DNA of 30,457 bases, from IMG/VR virus record IMGVR_UViG_3300020043_004640, positions 1-30,457 of that record; one strand, given 5' to 3'. Shown in pieces: positions 19,056 through 27,559 of this stretch. Each line of letters opens with the position of its first letter. The stretch's first letter is position 1. This DNA comes from a virus. Its lineage: Duplodnaviria > Caudoviricetes. The translations under genes and the position numbers were made by a program. The notes under the pieces are model-generated. The model made no database searches and had not been told where the DNA came from. It saw only the letters and a list, made by a program, of their open reading frames with translations.

Positions 19056-19310
19056 GTGATGAGCACATGCGACAACAATCCGACATGTCAGGACGCAGCA
19101 GATAGAGCGGTCAAGAAAGTGTTCGCGATTCTTGGCGTTGACATTGACAAGCCCGAGTCAGTCGAAGACTTCAGAGAAGATCTTCGCTTCGGACGCAAGA
19201 TGCGCAAGGCAGCTGATCACGGCTTCCTCGCGTTTGTTGCCGTCTGCGTCGTAGCACTAGCTGCGGCCGTCTGGGCTGGTGTCGTATCCAAAGTGGCAAC
19301 CGGCAAGTGA
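19056..19310 (+). CDS. Small single-TM lysis-cassette protein
   Basis: C-terminal hydrophobic helix FLAFVAVCVVALAAAVWAGVV. Confidence 0.65.
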   Translation: MMSTCDNNPTCQDAADRAVKKVFAILGVDIDKPESVEDFREDLRFGRKMRKAADHGFLAFVAVCVVALAAAVWAGVVSKVATGK

Positions 19311-19924
19311 AGAAGCAAGAAGGCGGCTCGGTGAATCAAGACGCTGTAATGCGCGTCCTGACCTACATCGACAGCCCCTTCAAGCTCCTGGTCGTATTGC
19401 TTCTAGCTGTGGTCGGTTTCATCGGCCACTTCGTATACGTCAACCAGGGCGTCTTTCTTAGCGTCTACATGAAGCAGCGCGAACTCCCCAGGCTCAACGA
19501 GTCGCGCTTCGATGACGTCTCGGCGCTCTTGATGAAAGAGCTTAAGGCCGAGGTCGTCGCCATCTTTGCCGTCGACGCAATGCTCAACAAACGCGTGAGC
19601 GTGCGTGCGTATCAGCGCGAGGGTGGTAGGGAAGCAAAGGTCGAGGGTATCGATGTTGGACTGTTCACCTCAAACAGCGCCAACAACATCGACGTCATCG
19701 ATCTGATCGCCAGCAAGGTGCCGTGCAGTGAGTACAAGCGCCCGCAGTCAGAGATAGGGCTTTGGTACATGTACAAGGGCATCACCTACACCTGTCGCAT
19801 CAGCGTACCACCCGAGATCAACCAGTTCATCGGACAGATCACGCTCGGCTGGAAATCAAAACCAGACGACTTAGATTTTGTTCACGACATCCTGACCGTC
19901 GCGGCCAGGGCTTTAATCAAGTGA
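19307..19924 (+). CDS. Single-TM protein with GAF-like periplasmic domain, T4 holin T-like
   Basis: TM LLVVLLLAVVGFIGHFVYV; C-terminal YTCRISVP..FIGQITLGW...AARAL; two Cys. Confidence 0.5.
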   Translation: MKKQEGGSVNQDAVMRVLTYIDSPFKLLVVLLLAVVGFIGHFVYVNQGVFLSVYMKQRELPRLNESRFDDVSALLMKELKAEVVAIFAVDAMLNKRVSVRAYQREGGREAKVEGIDVGLFTSNSANNIDVIDLIASKVPCSEYKRPQSEIGLWYMYKGITYTCRISVPPEINQFIGQITLGWKSKPDDLDFVHDILTVAARALIK

Positions 19925-19931
19925 GGCAAGC

Positions 19932-20354
19932 ATGCTCCCAATACTCGACATCCTAAACATCGGCTCCAAGATCATCGACAAGATCTTCCCCGACGCGACC
20001 GCTGCCGAGGCGGCAAAGCTCAAGCTTCTTGAGCTGCAGCAGAACGGCGAACTCGCCAAGATGCAGGCCGACATGCAGGAGCAGCAAGAGCTCACCAAGC
20101 GCCAGGAAAACGACATGAAGTCGGACTCCTGGTTGAGCAAGAACATTCGCCCTATGACGCTAATCGCGATCCTGGGCGGCTATTTCACCTTCGCAATGAT
20201 GTCGGCCTTCGACATCGACACAAACAAGGCCTACGTCGAGCTCCTTGGCCAGTGGGGCATGTTGATCATGTCTTTCTACTTCGGCGGTCGCACGCTGGAA
20301 AAAATCATCGACATGAAATCAACCTCACAGGGGAAAGGAAATGGAAGTCAGTAA
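19932..20354 (+). CDS. Holin, GTA 3TM family-like
   Basis: KIIDKIFPD, DSWLSKNIRP, FYFGGRTLEK; overlaps the endolysin start. Confidence 0.75.
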   Translation: MLPILDILNIGSKIIDKIFPDATAAEAAKLKLLELQQNGELAKMQADMQEQQELTKRQENDMKSDSWLSKNIRPMTLIAILGGYFTFAMMSAFDIDTNKAYVELLGQWGMLIMSFYFGGRTLEKIIDMKSTSQGKGNGSQ

Positions 20355-20952
20355 AGAAGAGCTGGTCGCATCCGGCATCTGCACTCAGGCGATGGCCGAC
20401 AAGTGGTGCGAGCAGCTGAACGCCACGATGAACCGTTTTGAGATCAATACGCCGTACCGGGTCGCTGGGTTCCTCGCCCAGGTATCGCACGAATCTGGTG
20501 GCTTCCAGTTTGTGGTCGAAAACCTGAACTACACCGCCGAGGCGCTCTCCCGCGTTTGGCCAAGCCGATTCCCGCCAGATATCGCTGCCGCCTACGCCAG
20601 GAACCCTGAGAAGATTGCCAACCGCGCCTATTGCGACCGCATGGGCAACGGCGACGAAGCAAGCGGCGATGGCTGGACGTATCGCGGCCGTGGCCTCATC
20701 CAATTGACCGGCAAGGACAACTACGCTGCCTTCTCGCTTCAGTGCGACAACGAGGCCCTGGTGGATCCCAACCTGGTCGCCGAGCCGGCGCTGGCCGCTG
20801 AGTCTGCTGGGTGGTTTTGGTCCAGGAACGGGCTCAACGCCTTGGCCGACGCCAAGGACATCGTCGGGATGACGCGCCGGATCAATGGTGGCACGCACGG
20901 CATCGATCACCGGCAGCAGCTGTACGCAGGAGCGATGTCAGTTTTTGCTTAG
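20341..20952 (+). CDS. Endolysin, glycoside hydrolase family 19
   Basis: FLAQVSHESG, ENLNY, YRGRGLIQLTGKDNY, SAGWFW, INGG. Confidence 0.92.
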   Translation: MEVSKEELVASGICTQAMADKWCEQLNATMNRFEINTPYRVAGFLAQVSHESGGFQFVVENLNYTAEALSRVWPSRFPPDIAAAYARNPEKIANRAYCDRMGNGDEASGDGWTYRGRGLIQLTGKDNYAAFSLQCDNEALVDPNLVAEPALAAESAGWFWSRNGLNALADAKDIVGMTRRINGGTHGIDHRQQLYAGAMSVFA

Positions 20953-20959
20953 AAAATCG

Positions 20960-21189
20960 TGTGTAGTTTTTGTGTTGTAACTGAGCAAAAATGTGCATAA
21001 ATCTGGCTATTTTTGACACACAAAACAACACAAAAACATATACAAATCAATTACTTAGACAATTATCGATAGGACTGTTAATCCGCAGGTCGCTGGTTCG
21101 AGTCCAGCTCGGGGAGCCAATAAAATCAACGGTCTACGCGATTTTATGTGGCGTACACAAAGACCGATTGTGTAGTAAATGTGTAGTAA
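20960..21189. other. attP: attP site (arms, IHF site and core)
   Basis: Arm repeats TGTGTWGT at 20960, 20971, 21025 (inverted), 21169 and 21180; exact IHF consensus AATCAA-TTAC-TTA at 21045-21057; tRNA core; next to the integrase. Confidence 0.85.
21072..21119 (+). tRNA. 3' portion of tRNA-Asn(GTT), att core; not a complete tRNA
   Basis: GGA-CTGTTAA-TCC anticodon arm, GCTGG-TTCGAGT-CCAGC T arm, TCGGGGA-GCCA end; 5' acceptor strand and D arm absent. Confidence 0.9.
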
Positions 21190-21201
21190 GGCGAATTTCA
21201 C

Positions 21202-21531
21202 ATGAAGCAATCACTTGTTTTTGTGCTTGGACTCTCCCTTCTAACAGGCTGTGCAACAGTGCGCGAAAGTCACGCACCAGACGGCAGAAAAGCATACTCA
21301 TTGAACTGTAGCGGCGCTGCTCGAGGCTGGGATAAGTGCTTGACCTCTGCAGGCGAGCTCTGCGGCAAAAACGGCTACGACATCCTGGACCGCAGCAGCG
21401 AAAGCATGATGGTCGGAAGCTTCGGAAATAGCGCAAGCGTTAATAGAACAAGCGGGACAGCATCGGGTGGTGGCTTCATTGGCGCAACCAGTGAACGCAG
21501 CATGATGATTGCTTGCAAAGTGCCAAATTAA
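21202..21531 (+). CDS. Lipoprotein moron (candidate superinfection exclusion)
   Basis: Signal peptide with lipobox LTG-C17; four more Cys; followed by a terminator. Confidence 0.75.
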   Translation: MKQSLVFVLGLSLLTGCATVRESHAPDGRKAYSLNCSGAARGWDKCLTSAGELCGKNGYDILDRSSESMMVGSFGNSASVNRTSGTASGGGFIGATSERSMMIACKVPN

Positions 21532-21555
21532 AAAAGGGGCCGAAGCCCCTTTGTT
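21530..21555. terminator. Bidirectional terminator
   Basis: AAAAAA-GGGGC-CGAA-GCCCC-TTTGTT between convergent genes. Confidence 0.9.
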
Positions 21556-21557
21556 AG

Positions 21558-22544
21558 TTAAGCAACAGCCCTTAGATTTGGCCTCGAACTGATGTTGATG
21601 TTCTTGGCCTGTTCGATCAGGTGTTTTTGGGATAGGTGTGCATACCGCTGGAGCATTGAAGCTGATCTCCAGCCCCCTAACTCCTGAATGACATGCATTG
21701 GCGTGCCGGCCATTGCATGCCAGCTGGCAAAGGTATGCCGCAGGTCATGGAACCTCATGGTCTGCGGCAAGTCAGCTTTCTTAAGAGCCGCCTGCCAGGC
21801 CTTCCAGCTAATCTGCTCAACAGTAAACACAAAGACGTCGTTCTTGCCCTCTTGCGCCTTGATCGCTTTGTAGGCGTCATCGTTAAGCGGCACAGGGATC
21901 GCGCGGCCCGCCTTGGCATCCTCTGGATTAATCCAAGCCATACGCTTCTCAAGATCCACCTGGTCCCAGCGCAACCCGTAGATGTTTGATTTGCGCAGGC
22001 CCGTGGAGACGGCCAACACGGCTGGCGCCTTGTGGCCCTCGGGTAACGCATCGACCAGGTCGCTAAATTGCGCAGGCGTCAGGTAAGACACGCGAGAGTT
22101 TTGCTCGACATACGTTTGAAAAGCTGGGACGCGATCGACCCACTCCCAAACATCGCGAGCACGCCTGAAGATTGCACGCAGCAATGCGACGTAGCGATTC
22201 TTGGTCGCAGGCGTTTCAAATCCAGCAAGAAGCTCGACAACCTGGTCGCGGGTGATGCTGTCTAACGTCAGCTTGGCCAGGTGAATACGGAAGTACTCAA
22301 GCTTCGCAATATCGTCGCGAATCGAGCGCTTGTGGTCCTTCTCATCAAGCCAGCGGACTGCGGCCTGCTCGAAGGTGTACTTGGGCTTGACGCCTAAGCG
22401 CTCCTGCTCCCACAGATCAGCCTTGATTTTGTCGTGGAGCTCTTGCGCAGCTTTTCGCGAGCTTGTCTTAGCCGATCTTCTAATTGTGTGGTGATCTGTC
22501 TGGATGTGGATGTGCCAGACGTCCCCTCGTTTAAATATAGACAT
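21558..22544 (-). CDS. int: Tyrosine integrase
   Basis: TGLR, HDLRH, LGGW and RYAH catalytic motifs; N-terminal arm-binding-like region; next to attP. Confidence 0.95.
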   Translation of the reverse strand: MSIFKRGDVWHIHIQTDHHTIRRSAKTSSRKAAQELHDKIKADLWEQERLGVKPKYTFEQAAVRWLDEKDHKRSIRDDIAKLEYFRIHLAKLTLDSITRDQVVELLAGFETPATKNRYVALLRAIFRRARDVWEWVDRVPAFQTYVEQNSRVSYLTPAQFSDLVDALPEGHKAPAVLAVSTGLRKSNIYGLRWDQVDLEKRMAWINPEDAKAGRAIPVPLNDDAYKAIKAQEGKNDVFVFTVEQISWKAWQAALKKADLPQTMRFHDLRHTFASWHAMAGTPMHVIQELGGWRSASMLQRYAHLSQKHLIEQAKNINISSRPNLRAVA

Positions 22545-22714
22545 GGTTCGTGTTCCTTGGGTTTGTGTTTAAGTGCTTCCTTGGTTTCGTTTAAATCCAG
22601 CCGCCATGCGCCTCCGATCCGGTAGGCAGGCAGCTGGCCCTTGTCGATCAATCGACGCACAGTTGAGCTTGATACTCCAAGCTCGACTGCTGTTTCCAGT
22701 ATAGTTTTAAGCAT
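22394..22714 (-). CDS. xis: Excisionase-like HTH protein
   Basis: ETAVELGVSSSTVRRLIDKGQLPAYRIGGAWR; overlaps the int 5' end. Confidence 0.8.
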   Translation of the reverse strand: MLKTILETAVELGVSSSTVRRLIDKGQLPAYRIGGAWRLDLNETKEALKHKPKEHEPCLYLNEGTSGTSTSRQITTQLEDRLRQAREKLRKSSTTKSRLICGSRSA

Positions 22715-22731
22715 GATATGTTGTCAAATTC

Positions 22732-23211
22732 TCAACGATGCAGGATGGCATAAAGGGCAAGCAGGGCTGAATCCGCTCTCCCGTCGTCTTTAACTCGCTT
22801 GAACTCACTGGCGTGGGCGGGCCACAGTTCCATCGCCCGCTGCCGGCTGGCCCCCTTGCCAGGCGCAAGCTTCATGGCCTTGGACCAGGTCTGAGGCGGC
22901 ACCAGCTGGTAAGGGATCATCAGACCCGCCAGGAGCCCCTCCAGGACGCCCAGGGAGCGACCAAAGCCGAACATTGAGGTCACACCCTGCCCAGGCCTCG
23001 CAGCCACGCTCTCGACCACGGCAAAGCAGGGCTCGCGGGTAAACAACTGGAGCTCCGCGACAATCGCCTGGGGGGCGACCTTGCGCTTCATGCTCGAGCC
23101 CACCTTTACCTCGACGGTCGGCATGTCAAAGGTCTGGACTATCTGTGCGTTGTCGTCCAGGACGGTGAAGGCGCCGTCCAGGCCTGGGTCAAATCCGATT
23201 GTGTAGCTCAT
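22732..23211 (-). CDS. RuvC-like Holliday junction resolvase
   Basis: IGFDPG, VVE, SMFGFG, PQTW, DGRADS. Confidence 0.85.
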   Translation of the reverse strand: MSYTIGFDPGLDGAFTVLDDNAQIVQTFDMPTVEVKVGSSMKRKVAPQAIVAELQLFTREPCFAVVESVAARPGQGVTSMFGFGRSLGVLEGLLAGLMIPYQLVPPQTWSKAMKLAPGKGASRQRAMELWPAHASEFKRVKDDGRADSALLALYAILHR

Positions 23212-23564
23212 GTGTTTCGATCCCTTAATTTAGCCTCGATGTGTTCGGCAAAACGCCTTACGTTAGGCAACTGCCATTGAGTCTCACCTTCACTAAGACC
23301 AATCCATTCTCTGCGTGGCGGTACTTTATAGAGTGGGGTTAGGTATAAAAATCCCCTTCCAAGTAATTCTTGTTTGTTTATAGACACCTCGCCACTTTGG
23401 TGTAACCACGCCGCAGGCTCTTGCTTCTCTGCTTGCTCGATGGCTTGGCGCAAGGCAGCGACTTCTGTATCAAGCCATAACCCACGTTTTTCGCTTGTCT
23501 CATAAGCATCAGACTGAAAACACTCCAACGCTTCCAACGCTTGCTTCATTGCTTCGATGCTCAT
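23208..23564 (-). CDS. Hypothetical early protein (QEPAAW, REWIGL, IEAKL module family)
   Basis: AGGAG RBS before ATG 23564; locally AT-rich. Confidence 0.65.
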   Translation of the reverse strand: MSIEAMKQALEALECFQSDAYETSEKRGLWLDTEVAALRQAIEQAEKQEPAAWLHQSGEVSINKQELLGRGFLYLTPLYKVPPRREWIGLSEGETQWQLPNVRRFAEHIEAKLRDRNT

Positions 23565-23586
23565 GTGGTTTTCTCCTGTCTTGCGA

Positions 23587-23934
23587 TTAACTAGTTCGCC
23601 CATGTTTTTTGATGATGTAGTTCTTTAGGTATCGACCGTTCTTTGTCGGTGTCTTTGACTTAACGGTATCCAGGATCTCGGCATGAACCAGCTGCTCTAG
23701 AGCTCGGTAGATCGTCGTCTTCTGAAAGCCTGAAAGTTTCAAAATGTCCTGGGCGCAAATCTCCCCATGTTCCTTGACGATTTCGTAGACAACCTTGCGC
23801 GATGCCTCATCGGCCGGGACGTAGGTGCCGTCAACATACCGACGGTGCCCCCGTACCTTTGGTGCCTGGATTTGGCCAAGCATGCACTGCAGCCAGTGCT
23901 CAATTGGATCTATTGCCATCGCAGTCCTCATCAT
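23587..23934 (-). CDS. Winged-HTH DNA-binding protein
   Basis: AQDILKLSGFQKTTIYRALEQL; coupled to the upstream gene. Confidence 0.65.
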   Translation of the reverse strand: MMRTAMAIDPIEHWLQCMLGQIQAPKVRGHRRYVDGTYVPADEASRKVVYEIVKEHGEICAQDILKLSGFQKTTIYRALEQLVHAEILDTVKSKTPTKNGRYLKNYIIKKHGRTS

Positions 23935-25091
23935 CGTGTCATCGCCTTGAGTGCATTTATGGTCGCTTTGTTCTTTTCAATTTGCGCCTTAAACTTCTTG
24001 CCTTCGGGGGAGTTGTCCTCGCTATAGACGAGATCCAGGTCATCCTTCATGTCGGCAATGCCGGGTCCGACTTCCGCACCGAAAATCTCCTTGATCTCCT
24101 GGACGAACTTATCGCCCAGCATGGCCGGGTCAATGCTTGCGAGCTCAGTGCTCTTGAACTGACCAGGCAGCGAGCCATTCACAAATTCGGTCCCGTCCTC
24201 TTTCTTGTAGGCGATGTGCGTGGCGCTGCCATCGACGGGTTTGGCAAACGGCACCAAGTCTGGGATGTAGAGGTGCTGGGCGCAGCCCTTGAGCTGGTCC
24301 TGGAATGTGATTTCCTTGCCGTGCGCCTCGCAATGCCAAGCCGCGTTCTTCTCAGGCGTTGCGTGGCAGCAGGTGCGGCAATTAGCCTGTGCAATCTGCT
24401 GGCCGTGGCAATGCTCGTAGAAGTCGCACCACTTGCACTCATACCAGCTCGGGTCTTGCGAAATCTTGACCGGCGCGGTGCTTGACTTAATCAAGCGGCC
24501 GGCGCGATCCATGTAGTTGTCGAAGACGTCTTGATCAAAGTGAACCCACTCCGAATAGAGGTCGTCGCTGTCCTTGCACTGGGACAGATACATCGCGCGA
24601 TCAATCTCAAGCAGCCCCATGTAGCACTGCATCTGGGCGTAGTGCTGGGGCTTGGACTCGCGCACGCCTTTCTTTTGCAGATCGGCAAAGCTTTTGGTGT
24701 TGTGTGTTTTGCACTCGAGCACCGCCCAGCTCTTTGGGCCCTCTTCAAAGCCGCGCCCTATGCCATCGACCGACCCGGAGAAGTGGCCGTCGTGTGCGTT
24801 TACAGAAATCTGCTTGCCGCTTTCTTCATCAGTGGTGTAAAGCTCAATGCCAAGCGCACGCAAATCGGACACAAGCCTCTCTTCCTCGCGCTTGCCGGTA
24901 TCAAAAATGCGCCTGATGCGGCCTGGGAATTTGGACTCAAGCGCCCAGCGCCAGGTGAGCCAGATGTACTTGTCGCAGCTGTGTCCAATGACCGAGCAGC
25001 CCATGTGGGGGCGTGGGTCTTCTTTCTTCTGCTCGTATAGCCAGTGAATCTTTCGCGCCGTGCTCTTACTTGGTTCTGGGATTTGTGCCAT
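23931..25091 (-). CDS. Cas4-like PD-(D/E)XK exonuclease
   Basis: N-terminal Cys, GSVDG, LECKT, QMQCYM, CKWCDFYEHC, plus extra CRTC and further Cys; start probably ATG 25091. Confidence 0.8.
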   Translation of the reverse strand: MAQIPEPSKSTARKIHWLYEQKKEDPRPHMGCSVIGHSCDKYIWLTWRWALESKFPGRIRRIFDTGKREEERLVSDLRALGIELYTTDEESGKQISVNAHDGHFSGSVDGIGRGFEEGPKSWAVLECKTHNTKSFADLQKKGVRESKPQHYAQMQCYMGLLEIDRAMYLSQCKDSDDLYSEWVHFDQDVFDNYMDRAGRLIKSSTAPVKISQDPSWYECKWCDFYEHCHGQQIAQANCRTCCHATPEKNAAWHCEAHGKEITFQDQLKGCAQHLYIPDLVPFAKPVDGSATHIAYKKEDGTEFVNGSLPGQFKSTELASIDPAMLGDKFVQEIKEIFGAEVGPGIADMKDDLDLVYSEDNSPEGKKFKAQIEKNKATINALKAMTR

Positions 25092-25269
25092 CGCTGTATC
25101 CGTACCTGTATCCGATTTCAAAGGCCTTGCGCAAAGTCATAGTGCCAAGGTCGTTCTTGTTTTCTTCAATAAAGCGAGAGGCCTCTGCGTAAGCACGTTG
25201 CAAGTACTGGGTGAGGTTCTGCCTCTTTAGTCTCTGCTCTAACTCTTCCCAAGATTCGTCTTCTGTCAT
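25066..25269 (-). CDS. Hypothetical protein
   Basis: ATGA-coupled small ORF in the early operon. Confidence 0.55.
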   Translation of the reverse strand: MTEDESWEELEQRLKRQNLTQYLQRAYAEASRFIEENKNDLGTMTLRKAFEIGYRYGYSDGTNPRTK

Positions 25270-25475
25270 TCTGTTATCTCCGCATACAACGGTTCCCAGC
25301 CATCAGAAGGGAACGGGTCATCCTTGCCCATGTAGTGCCATTCGTTTCGATGCCGAAAGCGCCAGGCGACAGGCTCGGACTCCAATGCAATTTTTAAAGT
25401 TGCGATTGCAGTGGGCACGTTTAAGTCATGGCCGGTTTGCAGGAGCGCCAGCGCTCTTCTTATGTGCGTTTTCAT
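25266..25475 (-). CDS. Hypothetical protein (EPVAW..PLY module)
   Basis: Coupled at both ends. Confidence 0.6.
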   Translation of the reverse strand: MKTHIRRALALLQTGHDLNVPTAIATLKIALESEPVAWRFRHRNEWHYMGKDDPFPSDGWEPLYAEITE

Positions 25476-25657
25476 TTTTTTGCCTTCGCGCGATCAAGCT
25501 TGACCTCGGGGTAATAAAGCTTGCCGCCGATGTTGCTGGGTTCTTTCAATGCGTCGAGAGAACCAGGGCGTGGAACGATGTTGAAGAAGTGAGCAATTGA
25601 AAGATGAGGGCGATTGACCCTTTCAATCATGTTGGGTGGTACGGGCTTCGATGTCAT
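25472..25657 (-). CDS. Hypothetical protein (RPGSLDA..PS motif)
   Basis: GGAG RBS; coupled to the next gene. Confidence 0.6.
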   Translation of the reverse strand: MTSKPVPPNMIERVNRPHLSIAHFFNIVPRPGSLDALKEPSNIGGKLYYPEVKLDRAKAKK

Positions 25658-25710
25658 GTTGTCTCCGCGATGGTTGGGGTACTAGCCTGGCGGCTTTCCC
25701 CCCTTGCTTA

Positions 25711-26193
25711 TCACTTCTGCCAGGCGTTCTTGCGAGGCGCGGCCGCGGCTGGTGGAGCGGCAAGCGCTGCACGCGCAGGGGCCGCGATGGTCTTGAGCGA
25801 CGAGGTGTACTTGACGCGATTGCGCGTCGGGTCGTTCTTCTCAAGGCCCACACCGATCACAAGCGACGAGCCAATCAGCTCGTCCGTGTCGCCGCAGCTG
25901 GGCTTGCCCAATGTCGCCAAGCAGAGCTTGGCAAACTGCTGCTCACCGATCTCCTGCGCCTTCGGGTTTGAATTGACCAGGTTGTAATTGGCCCAGACCT
26001 TTCGATCGGCGTACTCACCACCGGTGATCAGGTACTCCACCGAAACGTAGTAGCCAGTGCCGGTCTTTGTTTCGCGGTAGTCGGCGTCGGTGATCGTCGC
26101 GTCGTACTCGCCATCGGGTAAGGGCTTGCGATCGAAGTCGTTGCTGTTGAGCTCTTCGACGTCGCCGCCGTATGTGAATCCAAGTTTTGCCAT
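25711..26193 (-). CDS. DUF669-like single-stranded DNA-binding protein
   Basis: PLPDGEY, GEYADRKVW, Ala/Pro tail ending in W; follows the Sak4-like gene. Confidence 0.75.
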   Translation of the reverse strand: MAKLGFTYGGDVEELNSNDFDRKPLPDGEYDATITDADYRETKTGTGYYVSVEYLITGGEYADRKVWANYNLVNSNPKAQEIGEQQFAKLCLATLGKPSCGDTDELIGSSLVIGVGLEKNDPTRNRVKYTSSLKTIAAPARAALAAPPAAAAPRKNAWQK

Positions 26194-26218
26194 TTGAGTT
26201 TCCTCTTCGTGTTTAAAG

Positions 26219-26968
26219 TTAGGCGCTTAGACGCGCGGACAATTGCTCTGAAAATGCGTCCCACGAAAGTGGGCAGTCCTCCAGACCAAATCGATTACCA
26301 CTCGGGTACGCTGGATGCGCCTCGAGGTACAGCATGCGTTCGCCAGTCTTCAGCGCTTTGGTTTCCTTGTTGCCAAACCCTGCATCTGTTTTCTTGATCG
26401 CAATGCGATGGGCAGCAAAGCCCACGATGTCGGCCCACTCTTCGACCAGGGCAGAGGCGCGGTTGTGCAGCTTGAGCACCCAGGCGTCATAACCCTCATG
26501 CGTGGGCGACTCGATGCGCTGCTGCTTAACGTGACAGATCAGAATCACGCCCATGCCACGCTCGCGGCGTAAAGCCTCAAGCCCATCGAGCAGGTTTTTC
26601 CACTCGGCTGCTGCCGCGACGTAGCCTTTGCCAAAGCCTGGCGTCTCGATGTCCTTCCAGCCGTTGGCCTTGCAGACATGCGCCTGGATCAGTGGCTCAC
26701 ACCAGTCGAGGCTGTCGAGAAAGACGTTCTCGAACTTGTGATCGTCATTCAGTAGCGTGCCGATCGCTGAGTAGATGTCGTCTAAGGACTGGGCAATCGG
26801 GAATGCGTCGGCGTCAATCCCGCTCATGCCGTCTTCGGTCAATATGCCGATCGAGTTTGGCGCCATTGCTGCGAAGGTTGACTTGCCAATCTTTGGCTCG
26901 CCGGCCAGGAGGATCTTTGGCGCCTCCATGCGCTTGGTCTTACTGATACTGCTTAAATCGAACGCCAT
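26219..26968 (-). CDS. Sak4-like (AAA_24) recombination ATPase
   Basis: Walker A GEPKIGKS, LDSLDW, GFGKGY, LICH, EWAD; true start ATG 26968 after GAGGAG. Confidence 0.85.
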   Translation of the reverse strand: MAFDLSSISKTKRMEAPKILLAGEPKIGKSTFAAMAPNSIGILTEDGMSGIDADAFPIAQSLDDIYSAIGTLLNDDHKFENVFLDSLDWCEPLIQAHVCKANGWKDIETPGFGKGYVAAAAEWKNLLDGLEALRRERGMGVILICHVKQQRIESPTHEGYDAWVLKLHNRASALVEEWADIVGFAAHRIAIKKTDAGFGNKETKALKTGERMLYLEAHPAYPSGNRFGLEDCPLSWDAFSEQLSARLSA

Positions 26969-26972
26969 TGCT

Positions 26973-27356
26973 TTACTCCTCAATTTCAATAGAGACGCCA
27001 GTCTTCTGAGGCTTGACCTCAATAGCGCGGGCGATTTGGGACCAGAGCGCGGGTTGCTCTGAGCGGATTTTTTTAAGGCGCGTCTCGTCGACCTTGAGCT
27101 CGAGACGCAGTGGACGAATGTCCTCGGGCCAGCTCTCGGTGAGCTCATCGAGCGTGACCCGGTCGACCTTGTAGGAAAGCTTGCCGACTGTGGTGATCTT
27201 GATGCCGTCGCCAATGTCAGTCGTGATCGAGCCTTCTTCCTTGGTGTTGACGAGCTTGATCAACGCCTCTTCGACCGCGATGCGGCGCAGGTTTGCCAGG
27301 CGCTCATCGGTTTTTGCTGCCAGCCAATCATTGGTAAGTTCTTTAACTGTTGCCAT
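26973..27356 (-). CDS. Conserved protein upstream of Sak4 (paralogue 1)
   Basis: AAK..E....R..E N-terminal helix; WP...P, DETR, PALW. Confidence 0.7.
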   Translation of the reverse strand: MATVKELTNDWLAAKTDERLANLRRIAVEEALIKLVNTKEEGSITTDIGDGIKITTVGKLSYKVDRVTLDELTESWPEDIRPLRLELKVDETRLKKIRSEQPALWSQIARAIEVKPQKTGVSIEIEE

Positions 27357-27371
27357 AATCTCAACACTCCA

Positions 27372-27551
27372 TCAATAACAAATCACGGTACCGACGCCAC
27401 CAGGTCCAGGGCACACGCGGCAAAAGCGGCCTGTGTTGTGGTCGTAGTAGGTGGTGCAGGTCTGAGCGACGGCATCGACTGCCATCAGGATCCCAGCGGC
27501 GATCACAAGCACCAGCAAGGACTGCATAAGGAAACGAATAAGTGTTCTCAT
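27372..27551 (-). CDS. Secreted 4-Cys peptide precursor
   Basis: 29-aa signal peptide ending AVA; 30-aa mature part with 4 Cys. Confidence 0.65.
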   Translation of the reverse strand: MRTLIRFLMQSLLVLVIAAGILMAVDAVAQTCTTYYDHNTGRFCRVCPGPGGVGTVICY

Positions 27552-27559
27552 AGTTTTTC

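Noticed and set aside
21072-21119. Functional phage tRNA-Asn
   Set aside because: 5' acceptor strand and D arm are missing; it is an att core
20991-21311. 106-aa ORF across attP
   Set aside because: Runs through arm repeats and tRNA sequence and would be split on integration
21202-21531. Unimolecular spanin
   Set aside because: Has a lipobox but no C-terminal transmembrane helix
25094-25114. Direct repeat CTGTATCCG x2 as a LexA box or regulatory site
   Set aside because: Does not fit CTGT-N8-ACAG and lies within coding sequence
26969-27214. N-terminal extension of the Sak4-like ORF (likewise starts at 10586, 17671, 23603 and 25121)
   Set aside because: They overlap upstream genes; downstream ATGs give better RBS, coupling or smaller overlaps
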